From Hormiphora californensis (lineage: Eukaryota > Animalia > Ctenophora): a stretch of DNA of 64,000 nucleotides. Under the pieces are notes generated by a model. The model was not told where the DNA came from. It saw nothing but the letters and a program-made list of their open reading frames with translations, and searched no databases. Both the position numbers and the translations under genes were made by a program. How positions within the stretch are numbered: position 1 is the first letter of the stretch; the number at the start of each line of letters is the position of its first letter. Where the stretch lies: the NCBI GenBank assembly GCA_020137815.1, contig CM035356.1:3100001-3164000 (forward strand). Direction: 5' to 3'. Shown here piece after piece: positions 1-12,900 of the stretch.

Positions 1-222
1 ATTGAAGGCAGATGCAGCGCACACCAATCTGTCCTCCGGTTTATCCAGTTTCTTGTAAGTGCTCTCCAAAGATCTCACTACTCCATTATCTCCCCCACCA
101 CACATTTCACGGAGTATTGCCCAGTAGTCACCTTCAGCGATTTCATTCTGGAAGGAGTTGTCGGATAACTCATAGAGCGTTACTGAAGTGACAGGTGTCA
201 TCATCGGTCCACCTCCCAGCAT
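1..222 (-). CDS. 5' coding exon of an unidentified gene running off the window (MLGGGPMMTPVTSVTLYELSDNSFQNEIAEGDYWAILREM...)
   Basis: Open frame from ATG at 222 to the window edge, with a tttatag acceptor-like site ~10 nt upstream. No family recognised. Confidence 0.5.
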   Translation of the reverse strand, partial: MLGGGPMMTPVTSVTLYELSDNSFQNEIAEGDYWAILREMCGGGDNGVVRSLESTYKKLDKPEDRLVCAASAFN

Positions 223-251
223 CCTACTGACCCTATAAAATAATTTCGTTA

Positions 252-350
252 TTGATCCATTACCAAATTTTACTACGCTTTATTTTGATCCATTACCAAA
301 TTTTACTACGCTTTATTTTGATCCATTACCAAATTTTACTACGTTTTATT
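252..350. repeat. 33-bp tandem repeat x3 (TTGATCCATTACCAAATTTTACTACGCTTTATT)
   Basis: Directly visible tandem copies between two divergent genes. Confidence 0.85.
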
Positions 351-492
351 TGCCAGCGAAAGAGTTGCTACATCTCTAACACTGCACAATATCTAGAGTA
401 ATTGTTTGTTTAAAACTTTCACGTCTCTCTTAGCATCTTTGTTTCGTCCTGAATCGACCGAGACGACCCTCCCTAAAGACCTCAGTTGGCAC

Positions 493-1834
493 GATGAAGG
501 AAACTAAGGTGTCGAGAAGCACCAATGCAACATCGAGCAAGTTAAGTGAGGTACAACTGTGGAATGAGCAGCGCCGAGGGGACGATGAGAAAAGTCTGTC
601 TACTAATGCTGAGTTCAGGTTAGTGCGTGAGTAGAGCCTCGTTATCCCGATATATTATTGGTTTAGTGTTTAGAGAGCCGTTAAATAGCTTCAAAATCAA
701 CATGGTCCAACATTCCCAGACTATCCTACATGCCTGACTACTTTGGAGGAATGATGTCTGAAAGAGAGAAGGACTATGACTGGAATATGTTCATGGGACG
801 TCCCATGTCTGAGCAACACAAGTTCATTACAAAAATCAAGATGTTTGTTCAAAATCGGTAGGTGAAGCTCACACGTAGATGAAATAGAAACAAAATGTTG
901 ATGGATTTTAAATTTATTGATAGAACAACCTTTATGTTTGTTTGACCGTCGTTAACGGCTAAATATCAGCCCCCACAGGTTCGATATAGTGATAGTAGGT
1001 AAGAGCACTGAAAAGACGATACAGCTAGGCAACATGACATTCAAATGCTTCCTGGACCCGACCGGAGCAGAGATAAAGGAGGAATTCGGGGACTCAGTTA
1101 ACCAGAAATCAGATTCAAGCGATGACGGGCAATGGAGTAGAGTGATAAGAGAGATTATGTCCATCAAGGAGGATAAGCTGAGGTATAGTCAGATAAAGGT
1201 GATGAACGTGTACGGTTTGGGGCTCAGGTTGCATGTCACATCCCGGACCGATAACGGTGAGGCGATAGCCGCCAACATCGCTCAAAACCAGATCCGAACC
1301 ATGGCCAACTACCTGAAATTTAAGAAGAACTACAAGTCAGGCTTTGGTATGAACTCATTTTGGATCATGCTCGAGTTGTCTGGAGAGGGTCAGTTATCTG
1401 ATACTACTTGCTGTTTCCTGGACCTGGTCGCAAAGTTATTCGGTCAGCCCATCCTTACCTCTACAATCTTCCTCCTGGAGAGGGGAGATCAGGGAGATAG
1501 GAAGGAGTTAAAGGCGGCCGTTATCAAACAAATAGCTCAGAGAATGAATTGTATTGATGCGTGTGTGACTGTTCTGGTGATTAAACCCCTCACTAGGTTT
1601 GCCGTCAAACAGGGACCTACGGAGACCAACCAAGAGACGGCAGTGGCGTCCATCATCAAAATACTGAACATGGTAGCTCGACAGACCTATATTGATCCCA
1701 ACCCCTTTGAGCCGGATGGTATGGAGTTTCATGACGCTGTGGCAGCTGTGGATGTGATTAAGAATCGGTATCTGCTGAAAGATCACGAGTGGAACATGGT
1801 TATCAATCATGTGTATGCGATGGTACCCAATTAG
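493..1834 (+). CDS. Three-exon gene (~493-618, 674-858, 979-1834) encoding a degenerate AIG1/GIMAP-like G-domain protein
   Basis: GT-AG introns. The motif order IVIVGKSTEKT / VMNVYGLG / GMNSFWIML / KLFGQPILTSTIFLLERGD parallels GIMAP IVLVGKTGxGKS / VIDTPGL / GPHAFLLV / IFGxxxxxYTIVLFTxGD. Confidence 0.6.
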
Positions 1835-2232
1835 AGTTAGACCATGGAGCAATAAAAGAGGGAATGTGCCGTTCAGAACTACGAAGAACAGCAGACCGCA
1901 GCTGGGTCCAGAAATTTACTTACATGCCCTTGGGACACTAAACTGTTTATGTAAACTATATATCTGTTACGCTGAGACCTGAGTATTCTATAACATAATA
2001 AACGCTATCTGTTCTCTTGAGAAAAATGATAAGTACTTTAGCAACAAAGTAAAAACGACAATAGCACAAAATCCACACAGCAAACACAAACGTAAACACG
2101 CTAAAAAGTTGATGTTGTTAGTCAGCAAAATGTACAAACAAATAATAGATAGATACTCAACCCATGCTCCTTTGAAAAACTTAATCCAATAACTTCCCAT
2201 TACATTTCACCTATTATCATGATAATTACTCT

Positions 2233-3126
2233 CTACGAACCAACAGCCAAGTTTTTAAGTTCCACTTCTGCAGGTGGAATCTTATCACACGACACGGCAA
2301 GGACTGCCGGTACTTTATAAGGCGTTATATCCACCACTGGCACCTCAAAGGGTTTCTGAACGGGAAGGTCAGGCACCAACACCTGTTTGCACCCTCCCGG
2401 ACAAGCCCCTGATTTGTTGTGTTTGCTTCTCCAGTGGTTGTAGCATTTGCTGTGATAGATGTGGAAGCATGATGTAGGGGTTGAGGTGATATCACTCCAG
2501 TCCGTCAAGGGAGTTCTGCATATTCGACAGTCAACCTGGAATAAGATCCATTATTTTACCTTTGATAAACAAGGCTTTAGATAGATGTTATCATACAAAC
2601 AGTTTTTAAAGTATTATAAATAGGCTTACTTGTCTCATTCCCCTTATTAGTTCTCGTTTTGGAGAGGCGTCTCTGCAATCCGTTTCCATATCTGAGAAAG
2701 TCTGTCTGTGACATATCCACCTTCTGCGTCGCTCAAACCTATATACCATGGCGTCAGATTAAATTCAATAGTAGCATATAATGATATCCCGCAAATTGAC
2801 TCAGAGATAAACGCAAAAACAGAGAAAGTCAGGATTAAAGGCAAGATCTCTCAACCAGCCTTCTTATTTCTTGCACAAATATATAGAAGTTATTAAATTA
2901 CTAATAGTTGTTACCTTTGTTCAGCGATTATTCCTTCTTTAAACCAAGAACTGAAGAATGGGGAGCACTCGACTTCCCCGGAATTCCTACGGAACACTTT
3001 TGTTACAACGCCACCTTGTACCGTGGGTGGAGAAATTTCAGGGAGACTACTGATCTTTAGTGTAGACGGATCTGGAGTCACTAACTCGGCAGGCGTTGAT
3101 AGGACCATCCTAGAGTAAATAGGCAT
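2233..3126 (-). CDS. RING-H2 finger protein (exons ~3126-2915, 2738-2630, 2535-2233; 5' end uncertain)
   Basis: Phase-compatible GT-AG splicing gives ...GMRQ|VDCRIC...SCFHIYHSKC...CPGGC, which has C3H2C3-type spacing. Confidence 0.7.
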
Positions 3127-3286
3127 AAATTCATTCTGATTTATGGTGTTTTCAGGGACGGAGCTGGACCTCTGGGATCTGGCTCAGTGCGTCCGGGGGT
3201 AGGGCGGCAGCCACCGTTAGGGGCGTGGGGTGAAACCCCCACGAGCAGGGTCCAACGGCGCAGTAGAGACTAGAGCCGCTGCGTTT

Positions 3287-3409
3287 TAAAGTGCGTTTCA
3301 AACGACTTGACCTGAGATTCCTGGAAATTCAGGATTGCCCCTTTGTAAATACACGCGCAATGCGCCGAATTCCAAGAATTACGGGTCATGTCGCTTGAAA
3401 CGGACTTTA
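3287..3409. mobile_element. Small MITE-like hairpin with ~42-bp imperfect inverted repeats and TA ends
   Basis: TAAAGTGCGTTTCAAACGACTTGACC... matches the reverse complement of ...GGTCATGTCGCTTGAAACGGACTTTA. Confidence 0.55.
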
Positions 3410-3520
3410 CGAGCCAGAAAAGCAAATCTGCTGGCAGCGCGGGATAAGGCAGCCCTTTTCAAATTAATTTGAGATATGTCCTCAGGATGTTGAGACCGCC
3501 CGTAGGGGCAGGCAGAAGTT

Positions 3521-4546
3521 ATGACGGAGAAACTCAATACCTCTGATGCAGATGCCGATCCACTGGAATGCTGGGGTTTGTCGATGATGGAAAAACTTCG
3601 TTGTGCAGTAGAGGACGTTTTTTATATCAAGAACGGGCTCAAACAACCAAGTGAACAACAGGTTGATGGAGTATTGTCCAAGTTATTGGATTCTAGTTTG
3701 TATGATGATCCTGAGCAGTATATTGAGGATGCACTGCCGAAAGACTCCGAAATGAGAAAGTATAATGTTGATCGTTTCATGGCTTTCACCGAGAACCTCT
3801 CTCGTCATATTTTTCGGATAGTGAGAGAAATAGGACCAGTTATGAAGGAGAAACGTCTGTATGCAACTGCCCGAATGAAAGAACGCTTGGAACTAGAGGA
3901 GTGTAATCAGAAGCTCAAGGAGGTACAAGAAGAGCTTGGCACTTTTAAGGAAGAAATCGACAAACATCGGGTATCAAGGATTGAACTGCAAGAGAAGCTG
4001 ATTGAAGCACAAAATACTTTGATTGAAGTACAAGGTCGGAAACTTAGTTCAGTGTCAGAGTCTGTTCAGAAGCAATTGCAGGGCTACTCCAAGGTGCTTG
4101 TACAGAATTGCTCTGCAGCTATTACACCATCTCGCCTCCAAGCAGCATTGAAGAAAGCGACTGTACCCCATCCAAGTACAACCGCGGAAGAAGCAACTCT
4201 TGATCGCAAGTTGAATTTGGTTATATTTGGGCTGCCAGAAACTACGGCAAGGGCTACTGAGCATGAAGTTCAGGATATCTTTGGAGAGCTCAATGAAAAA
4301 CCAGTCATATCTTCTACAAAGCGTATTGGCGAAAAGACTGATAACCGACCGAGACCAGTAATTGTTACACTTGAAAGGAGGGAAACTTTGTTACAACTTC
4401 TAAGAAAAGCAAAACAGCTCCGAGATTCAGAGAAATTCTCCTCGGTGTTTCTCTCCCCCGACCTAACACCGGAGGAGCAGCGAGAGCGGAAAACTCTCGT
4501 TGATACAGTGAAAGGACTGAGGCGAGACAATCCGAATGTCTTCTAG
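3521..4546 (+). mobile_element. Non-LTR retrotransposon ORF1-like protein (coiled coil + RRM-like domain), no ORF2 downstream
   Basis: The motifs RKLNLVIFGLPE, RIGEKxxNRPRPVIV and SPDLTPEEQRER are typical of CR1/L2/Jockey-type ORF1. Single 341-aa ORF. Confidence 0.8.
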
Positions 4547-4824
4547 AACATTTTACACTCTAGTGGTGCTACAATCTGCCCAACTCCTTGTTTGTGTTTG
4601 ATCGTTCCCGTTTATCTTTATCTCTAATGGAAAAGGATACTCCTCTCATCTCAATTCTCATCATCAAGAAGTCACGGTATCAATCACATCCATCAAGGTC
4701 GTAAGTTCACCTGTCCGTATTGTTTGTTCATTTATTGTGTACAGTTGATATTGTGAATGTAATTGACAAGACATAGCTTGAGAGTGTGCCCCAGACAGAC
4801 CAACAAACGATAAATATCAAACCA

Positions 4825-5018
4825 GACCAAGACCCTCAAAGGCAAAACGTTACCTACCCGACCAAGACCCTCTCAAAGGCAAAAAGTTACCTATTTTCAA
4901 GACCAAGACCCTCTCAAAGGCAAAATGTTACCTACCCGACCAAGACCCTCTCAAAGGCAAAATGTTACCTACCCGACCAAGACCCTCTCAAAGGCAAAAC
5001 GTTACCTAACAGACCAAG
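4825..5018. repeat. ~37-bp minisatellite x5 (GACCAAGACCCTCTCAAAGGCAAAAYGTTACCTACCC)
   Basis: Directly visible tandem copies. Confidence 0.85.
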
Positions 5019-5490
5019 ATCTTCTCAAATGTTCCAGAAATTTAAACCATGAGTCTCTTTCTCTCCCAGGGGAGAGAAAGGGACTCAGCGCCATAGTTAC
5101 CACATACCCGGGTTGGTATGGAGGTTTGCTGAGCGTATCCCATGGTTTAGTGACAAACAAACAAACAAACAGACAATCCGAATGGACGATACTGGGTTAG
5201 CAGGGGGGTAATTAAATGTGGCTGACCTGCTACATGTAATTTGTACTCTAAAGAGACTTCAAAAGGAACCTTATACTATCAATTTAGCCCACAAAAAGGG
5301 GCAGTATATGTTGTATTTTATCCAATGTACACATTTTAGATTTAATAATAATAATAATCAAATCAGAAAATCGCGCAGGATTTTTTAAGAAAAAGTCACG
5401 ACCAACTTTTTATGATTTTTACCTAGCTGCGCGGCGCAATTATGCACGCGCAAAACAAAAGCCGCGCATTGAGTTTGCGATACCGCAGAC

Positions 5491-5513
5491 CTGTCAGAGC
5501 ATTGACCTGACAG
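5491..5513. mobile_element. 23-bp micro-element, copy 1 (7-bp terminal inverted repeat CTGTCAG/CTGACAG; 8-bp TSD CCGCAGAC)
   Basis: ccgcagac|CTGTCAGAGCATTGACCTGACAG|ccgcagac. A second copy lies at 36410-36432. Confidence 0.8.
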
Positions 5514-5994
5514 CCGCAGACCGAACCTTATTTTAGGTGCACCGACACGTGGTCTGAGACGCCTTCAGGCAAATACATACAAATTGATAGCCATTCATAA
5601 GGTTAAAGTACCAACATAGGAGTCTGATTAACTTAAATAACAAACCAAGCACAGCTCATAGCAGCAACGTTAATATAACATAGAGCCGTGGATAAAGTAA
5701 TATATTATTAATCCGACCATAACATAACTGATGCGAAAATATCGCTACATAATATAGACATACACTTGTGTGCAGTGTGTGAATGGGATGTGAATTGTGA
5801 ATCCTTGTTGAGTAAGGGGGAGACAACAAGTGAATCCAGTATCCACACACCCACACACAAGAAAAAACAAAAAATGCGCTTAACAAAAACAACTGTCTTT
5901 ATAACATAATCAGTCTTAAAATCTCTCTCTAGTCTCTACTCGAACGTAGCAAGTAGTCCCATCATTGACGTAATTTAGCTCCACTGTAGGTTTA

Positions 5995-6910
5995 CTAATT
6001 TCGTTGTTGGAGGACCTTCTGTAGCTCATTCAGGCTGGCGTTGTGCCTTTTTAGGGTATCACCCGTCACTCTAGGGGTAATTCGCTGTTTCAGGGTTAGT
6101 TCCGAAGGATTTAAGGGGGATTGGATTGTTCGTCTGAAGATATCAAGGGGAAGTGTATTGGGTAAAAAGAAAGAGTGGGAGACTGATTGACAGAGTGTGA
6201 GACTGACTAACAGACAGACTGATTCAATATAAATACCTCGATGTGCTACCATTGGTGGATCGAATGAAGGCAGATCCGTTCGATTCAAGTAGCAGTTCGG
6301 AACCATCCTTCAATTTGAGCTTAGCAGAACCATTCTGAGATAGAGAGAGAGAGAGGGTTGTTGTTATGGTGAACCAGTACCGAATTACAAATGCGACCTA
6401 CAATTTTGAACCGTTCGCGTGGAGCATGGACATTGGACACAGTACCAATATTGCAAGGAATTATAACTCAGAACTCAGAACTGAGAACTGAGAATTGTTA
6501 GCAGACTCACCGTGTATCCTATCCATCCCATGCCTGGTCTGTACTCCATCGTTTCATTCTCCTTATCCTCCCCTCCTTCCTCCTCCTCATGACTTTCATG
6601 GCCCCTACTTTCCTGGGTCCTACTTTCATGGGTCCTACTTTCATGGGTCCTGCTGGACTGAGGCGAGACGGAGGCAGCACGGCGGAGGGTGCTTGGCGTG
6701 ATGGGGGTCAGGGGTGACCGCGTTAGGGCACCCATACTAGGTGATCTTCTGAGATCTGGGGGAGGGAGCTGGGTGTTAGGGGAAGTTTTTTATCGAGGAT
6801 ATCTTTTTGAAATTTACAAATCAAAGCTTCGAAGCCAAACACTCCTTGGTTGTTGTTACTCAACAACTCCCTGGAACAATTAGGAGGGCATCGGGGGTGG
6901 GGGAGTCCCG

Positions 6911-6961
<51 letters not shown>

Positions 6962-9900
6962 CGGGGGCACGGGGAAGACAGGTCGAGTTGTTATCTTACC
7001 ATGAGCAGTAGGGGTGGATGTTAGTGGTGTCAAAGTTGGGAGACTGGTACACACGTACAGATAGGATTACTCTGGGTTCCCCGTGGTGACTGATTTAAAT
7101 TGGGTTTAACTAGTTAGGATTGGTGGGTTCTTCTGTGTTACTTGGTTGGGCTAACAGTTGTTTAAAATACTGGGTGGTCTAAGCTTCCAGTCACAAGAAA
7201 ATTCACTCGATTAATCCCCAATTATAGGTAAGGCGGGAAATTTAAAAACTATGGAGCTGAAAAAAATTCCACTCTCTCTGATCTCTCTACTACCCATTCA
7301 AATCACTTACCCGTGGTCTTGTTGGGTGGATTTCCCACGCGAACAGGGAAGGGCAGTCCCAGGTCATTAAAACACTTTTCAATCGTCTCACACCTCTCGT
7401 AAAGACTCCGGGCGGTATCCAGGTAACTCTGGAAACATCATGGGATTAGAAATATCAGCATGGGGTTATGGAGTGTGGGGTGTGGGATGATTAGGGTGTG
7501 ATATTTGGGGGTAATTTAGAGCCGTTTAGAGATCAAATAGTGTTGGATGGGAAGTTAAACTGTGTTTTGAGAAGATAAGTGTGACTTAGGGGGAGGAACT
7601 TTGGGTGAATTAGCGGGGGTGTACTTTGGGTGAATTAGCTGACTCACATGAAGCGAGGTGCACATATCAAGGCACGGGGTCATGTTTTGAGTCGCCAGCG
7701 TTTGTTTCTTATCGGGGTCCGTTATCACACACTTCCTGTCATCCAGAATCAACTTGTGCCCGTCCTTAAACCGAACCTGGGGTGAGGGGTTGGGTGATTC
7801 TGGTGTAAATCTGAGCAAGCATTTTAAATATTTCGGAGAGAGGGAAAGTTATACAATTCAATATAATGAGTTGTTATGTCCGGGAAACAGGGTCGAGCAA
7901 GGCAAATACTGATCCTACCTGGTAATTTGGTCTGGGTGTATTCTCCATATAGTATGCCGATGCGTTGTCCGAGTGAAGAGTTATCTTTGGTGTACTCGAT
8001 TTGAGAACCTTTATACACTCCAAGAGTTTAGCGTACCTACTGAACCACCTGGAACGCACAATGTGAGCCACAAAATGTCTATATTTGGTCAATATATCAT
8101 GTCTATATTTGGTCAATATATCATGTCTATATTTGGTCATCTTGCTATGTTTGGTTGTCACGTGAAGACATACCGAGGTTGCATTGTTGTGTAAGACATT
8201 TTGATCGGTTTGAAAGACTCCATAGTAGCCACAATTTCAGAGCCGTCCTTGGAAACCCTGAATTCCTCAGTTCCGTTGTCACACCTCCTCCTCAGACAAA
8301 TACTCCCATTTTCCAGGAGTTCAATCTGGGAAGAGGGAGGAGGTTGGAGGGGGGAGGTTGGAGGGGGAGGTAGGGAGTGAGGTTGGAGGGGGAGGTTGAA
8401 AGGGGTAGTGAGGGATTCATCGGTGTTATGAATGCTAAGTAAAAGCTAGGAAAATCTGTAATTGTACCTCCTGTTTGCGTCCTTGTTGCAGTCGAGGGTA
8501 ATAATCGTGTTGTGTTAAGGCACCCCGGTTTACCGGCAGCTCCCTGTTCCCTGCTACAATCCCCCACTGCAGGCGTCGTCATGACAGGTCGGGCTGGTGT
8601 CCGGATAGGACCAGTGGGTACTGCAGGCCGGGCCCGCAACCTAAGAGCACTTTTCAGTAGGAGCTGATGCTCCTGATCCAGAACGTTTGAGGGACCTGAG
8701 GAGAAGATGTTATGAAATCGACAGTTTAGGAAAATCGATCAGTTTCTCAGGTTTAAATTCGAACAAGTATGCTTACTGTGAGGGCGGTAGGAGAGAGAAG
8801 GAAGGAAGGAAATTCTGGGCGATTTTAATTTCATCCTCTGACAAATCAGCTTGGGGAGTTGAGAATTCATTTGAATTCAGGGTACCGTGACCACTGTCCG
8901 CTGACTCTCCTGAAAACACCTGCGGGGAGAGTGAGGTGTAAGAGCAGGGTCTAACTGAAATTAGTTACAGGAAGGGAGACTGAACACCTGTGCAATGATT
9001 TAGGCGGGGTTTCACTCTGTCACACTCGCGCGCATACAATCCCTCATCCAGTCCCACCGCGCGCTACCTCAGGTTATCCCGTCCAAAGCTGCCGCGGCCC
9101 CCTCAGCCACCCTCTCGCCCCCTCTCCGAGAGCGACAAGTGACAGTTGCATGTTGCGTAGCAACGAAGCAGGGGGGGGGGAGAAGGGGGGGTTTGGTAGA
9201 GGGAAATTTGGAACCCAACTCGATTTCCGGGGAAATAAAAGGAACTTTTAAAAAAGATTTTCAAAAGGGGACATTCTTTGTCTCCCTCATCGGTGGGTTT
9301 TTGGTAAGGGAAGGGGGGTTTGGGAAACCCAAATTTGGTACCCCAAAAAAACCAACCCCCAAAAACTTTTCCCGGGGAACCTCTTTTCTCTAAACACACA
9401 GGCTTCGTTAAGTATTCTAAAAAAATGTTTTTTGGGGGTTTTTGACCGCCAAAAGCAAATGAAAATTTAACAAGCCTCGGGGGTGGGGTTTGAAATAAAG
9501 TGGCAATGAATAAAAGGAAAAGAACAAAATCATTAGAAGTTTGGAATGCGTTTTGCCCTTACCTGGAGGGGACCATCAGAAGAAAAAACAGAAAAAAGGG
9601 CCCAAAAACCCCTTGTCACATTTTGAAACTTAAAAACCTCGTTGAAAATAAACGCAATTTTTCCCGATTTCGAGACTTTAGACCCCCATTTTTGGGACAT
9701 CGTAAACATGGGGCCCGGGGGAAAAGGGGGGGAAAGAGGAAAGAGGAGAGGAGAGAAGAGGGGAAAAGAGAGGAGAAAAGGAAAGAAACAAAAGGGGAAA
9801 GGGGGAAAAAGGAAAGGGGAGGAGGGAGAGAAAAGGGAAAGAGAGGAGAGGAAGAAAGAAGAAGAGGAGGAAGAGAGGAAAAGGGGAAGAAAGAGGAAAA

Positions 9901-12900
9901 GAGAGGACCCGGGAAAGGAAAAACCGGCCAGAAAGAGGAAGAGAAGGAAAAGGGAGAGAGGATTCCCGCCCGGAGAGGAGAGGAGAAGGAGAGTGAGAGG
10001 GAGAGGAAAAGGAGAGGGAGAAAGGGGGAGAGGAAAAACCCCAGGAAAAGGAGAGGAGGGGAAAAGGAGAAAAGGGGAGGAGGGGGAGGGAATGGGGGAA
10101 CGGGAAGGGAAAAACCCCTAGAGGGGGAGGCCGAGGAGGGGGAAAAAGGGGAGATGAGGAGAGGAGAGGAGAGGAGAGGAGGGGGAAAAGGAGAGGAAAA
10201 GAGGAGGGGAAAAGAGGAAAGGAGAGGAGAGGAGAGGAGAGGAGAGGGGGGAGAGGAAGGGAGGAGAGGAGGGGAAAGAGGAGAGGAGAGGGGGAGGAGA
10301 GGGACGGGGGAGGGGGGAAGGAGAGGAGGGAGGAGAGGAGAGGAGGGGCCCATTGGGTTCCACTTTTTGAAAGTCACAATCGTTTTAAAAAATAAACGGC
10401 AAATTTTCCGATGGGAGCCATGGAAAAAATCCTTCTCTGAAAAATCGTGACATGGGCCCAATGAAAACGGGAGGAGAGGAAAGGGAGGGGAGAAAAAGAG
10501 AGGGAAAAACCCGAAAAAGGAGAGGAGAAAGAGAGGGGGGAGAGGAGGAGAAAGAAAAAGGGAAAAGAGAGAGAGAAGGGGAAGAGGAAGAGGAGAACAG
10601 ACGGAAGGACAAAGGGGGGAAGGAAAGCCCCCATGAGGAAGAAAAAGAGGGAAAAAGGGAGGGAAGGGAAAGGGGGGAAGGAGAGAAAAAAAAGGCAAAC
10701 GGGGAACCCTGGGAAAAGAGCAGGGAAACCCCAACCCGGCGGGAAAAAGGGAAAGGAACAAGGGGACCAAAGGGAAACCCCCCCAGGGGGGGAACCCGAA
10801 GGGGGAGGAGGGGGGAGAGGAGCAAAAAAACGAAAAACCCGGAAGGAAGAACCCCCCAAGAGAAAGAAAAAGAAGAACCAAAAAAGGGGAGGGGGCAAGG
10901 GAAAAGGGGAAAGGGAAAATCGGAGCCAAAAAAGGGAGGAGAAAAACCCCGGGGCCGAACCCCCCCCAAGAAAAAGAGGAAAAGAACGGAAAAGGGGGAG
11001 GGGACCCCCCCGGGAGGGGAAAGGGACCCCGGAAGGCCCGAAAGACACCCGGACAAATTCCCCCCCAAAAGACAGCCCCCCCGGACACATAAGGGGGGAA
11101 AACCCTACCCCGAATCCACATAAGCCGGAAAAGAAAGGAGGCAAAGGCCCCCAGGCCGAAAAAAAGGAAGGCCCGGGCAAACAAAAAAGGAGGAGAAGGA
11201 GAGGAGCGGAAAGGACGAGAAAAAGAGGATTAACCCCAGAGCAACCCCAAAGGAAACGGAGGGAAAAACGGGGGACAAAGGAACCAGGAGAGGAGAGCGA
11301 GAGGAGAGCAGAGGAAAAGGAAAGGAAGGAGAGGGGGAGGAGGAAAGGGACGGGGGAGGGGGCCAGAGGGGGCAGGAAGGGACGGAGGGAGGAGGGGACC
11401 CAAAGGAGGAGGAAGGGGAAAAGGAGGAGGGAGAGGAGAGGATGAGGAGAACGGGGGAAGAGGAGAGGGGGGGGAAAAGAGGAGAGCGGGGGGAAAGGGG
11501 AAGGGGGAAGGAGAGGAGAGGAGAGGAGAGGGGAAGGAGAGGAGAGGAAGGAAAAGGAGGGGAAAGAGGGGGGAGGAGGGGGAGAGGAGGGAGAGGAGAG
11601 AGGGAGGGGGGGAAGGGGGAGAGGAGAGGAAGGGGAGGAGGGGAAAGGAAAGGAGAGGAGAGGAGGAGGGGAGGAAGGGGGGAAGAGGAGAGGGGGAAAA
11701 AGAGGAGAGGAGGGAGAGGCCTTTTAAATAATTTAAAACCCAACGAATAAAAAACAATAATGGCGGGGGAAAAAAATATTATTAAAACCCGAAATTTGAA
11801 GGAGGGCCCCAGTAAGGGGGGAGGGAAAAAAGCTCAGTGTCGGGGATTTTGGGTTAAAGAAAAAACATTATTTCCCAAGCGGGTTTTTAAAAAAAAAATT
11901 AATTAATTTTATTACAAAAATATAATCCAATCCAAAAAATTTATTTTTTCCCTAGTTGGGCCCAAAAGTACAGGAGTAGACGCCCAAAAGGGATTTTTAA
12001 GTCACAATAAACACCACACCTTGGTTTTCGACCCAGACAGCCAAAAGGAGGGGGTGGGTGGGAGGGGATGAAACTATCCATCTTCATCAACCCCATCCCC
12101 CCCAAATAAAGGGTTTATTGTCAAACCCAATCAAAAACCGCTCTTTTGGTCCCGTGACAATTGTGGGCCAATCAGGGGGGCCACGCGGGGTAAACTTTGA
12201 TCAAAAAGGGGGCCCCAGAAAAAAGGCGGGCCCCCGGGGTAATCGAATGAGAACCCAGAATGGGTAACGATCATTTTTATTGCCTGGAGCCCGTTGGTTC
12301 CATTACGGAAGGGAGAAAAATTTTAAAGGGAGCGCAAGTAAAAAAAAAAGAGGGGGGCTAGAAAGAGAGAAAGAATGAACGCTGAAAGGCGGGTATTTGA
12401 AAGGAGTGGAGCATGACAGTTATAAAAACAAAATGAACCATGGAGTAACTAAACGGTTTACAATACTAAAAGGTGATTGTTTAGCTCACGCTGCATTTTA
12501 TATGATCTGGGAGGGTTCGGCAGATCAACAAGGTGATACTATACCCCGATAGTTCAATAGATATCCGTCAAATCTGACCTAACTACCATCCGATTTCGCG
12601 TCCAGCTAGTATAAATAAAGATATATTCCTGACCTTCCTTTAGAAGTTTAGAACAATTGTCGTTTGGGCGCGGTGAAAGAGGGGGTCGAGCAACAACATA
12701 CCGCTTGTGAGACGGGTAGGAGGAAGGAGTGTCGTAGTATCTCCTCGGCTGAGACCCGGTTATTTGGGTCTGACTGGAGAAGGAGGCCAATTAGCGACCG
12801 GGCATCCACACTAATTCCCTCTGGGATAATGGACTTGCCATTCTTGACCCGGTGAAGAATCTCATTAACTCCGGCACCCTTGTCCTGGGGAGAGGAGAGC

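Noticed and set aside
6912-6956. ~45-nt poly-G run (poly-Pro/Gly ORFs, G-quadruplex)
   Set aside because: Appears intronic, homopolymer length is unreliable, and there is no support for function.
9500-11757. Long R/G/E/K- and P/F/L/S-rich ORFs
   Set aside because: Products of purine-rich low-complexity, probably error-prone sequence inside a PLK4 intron.
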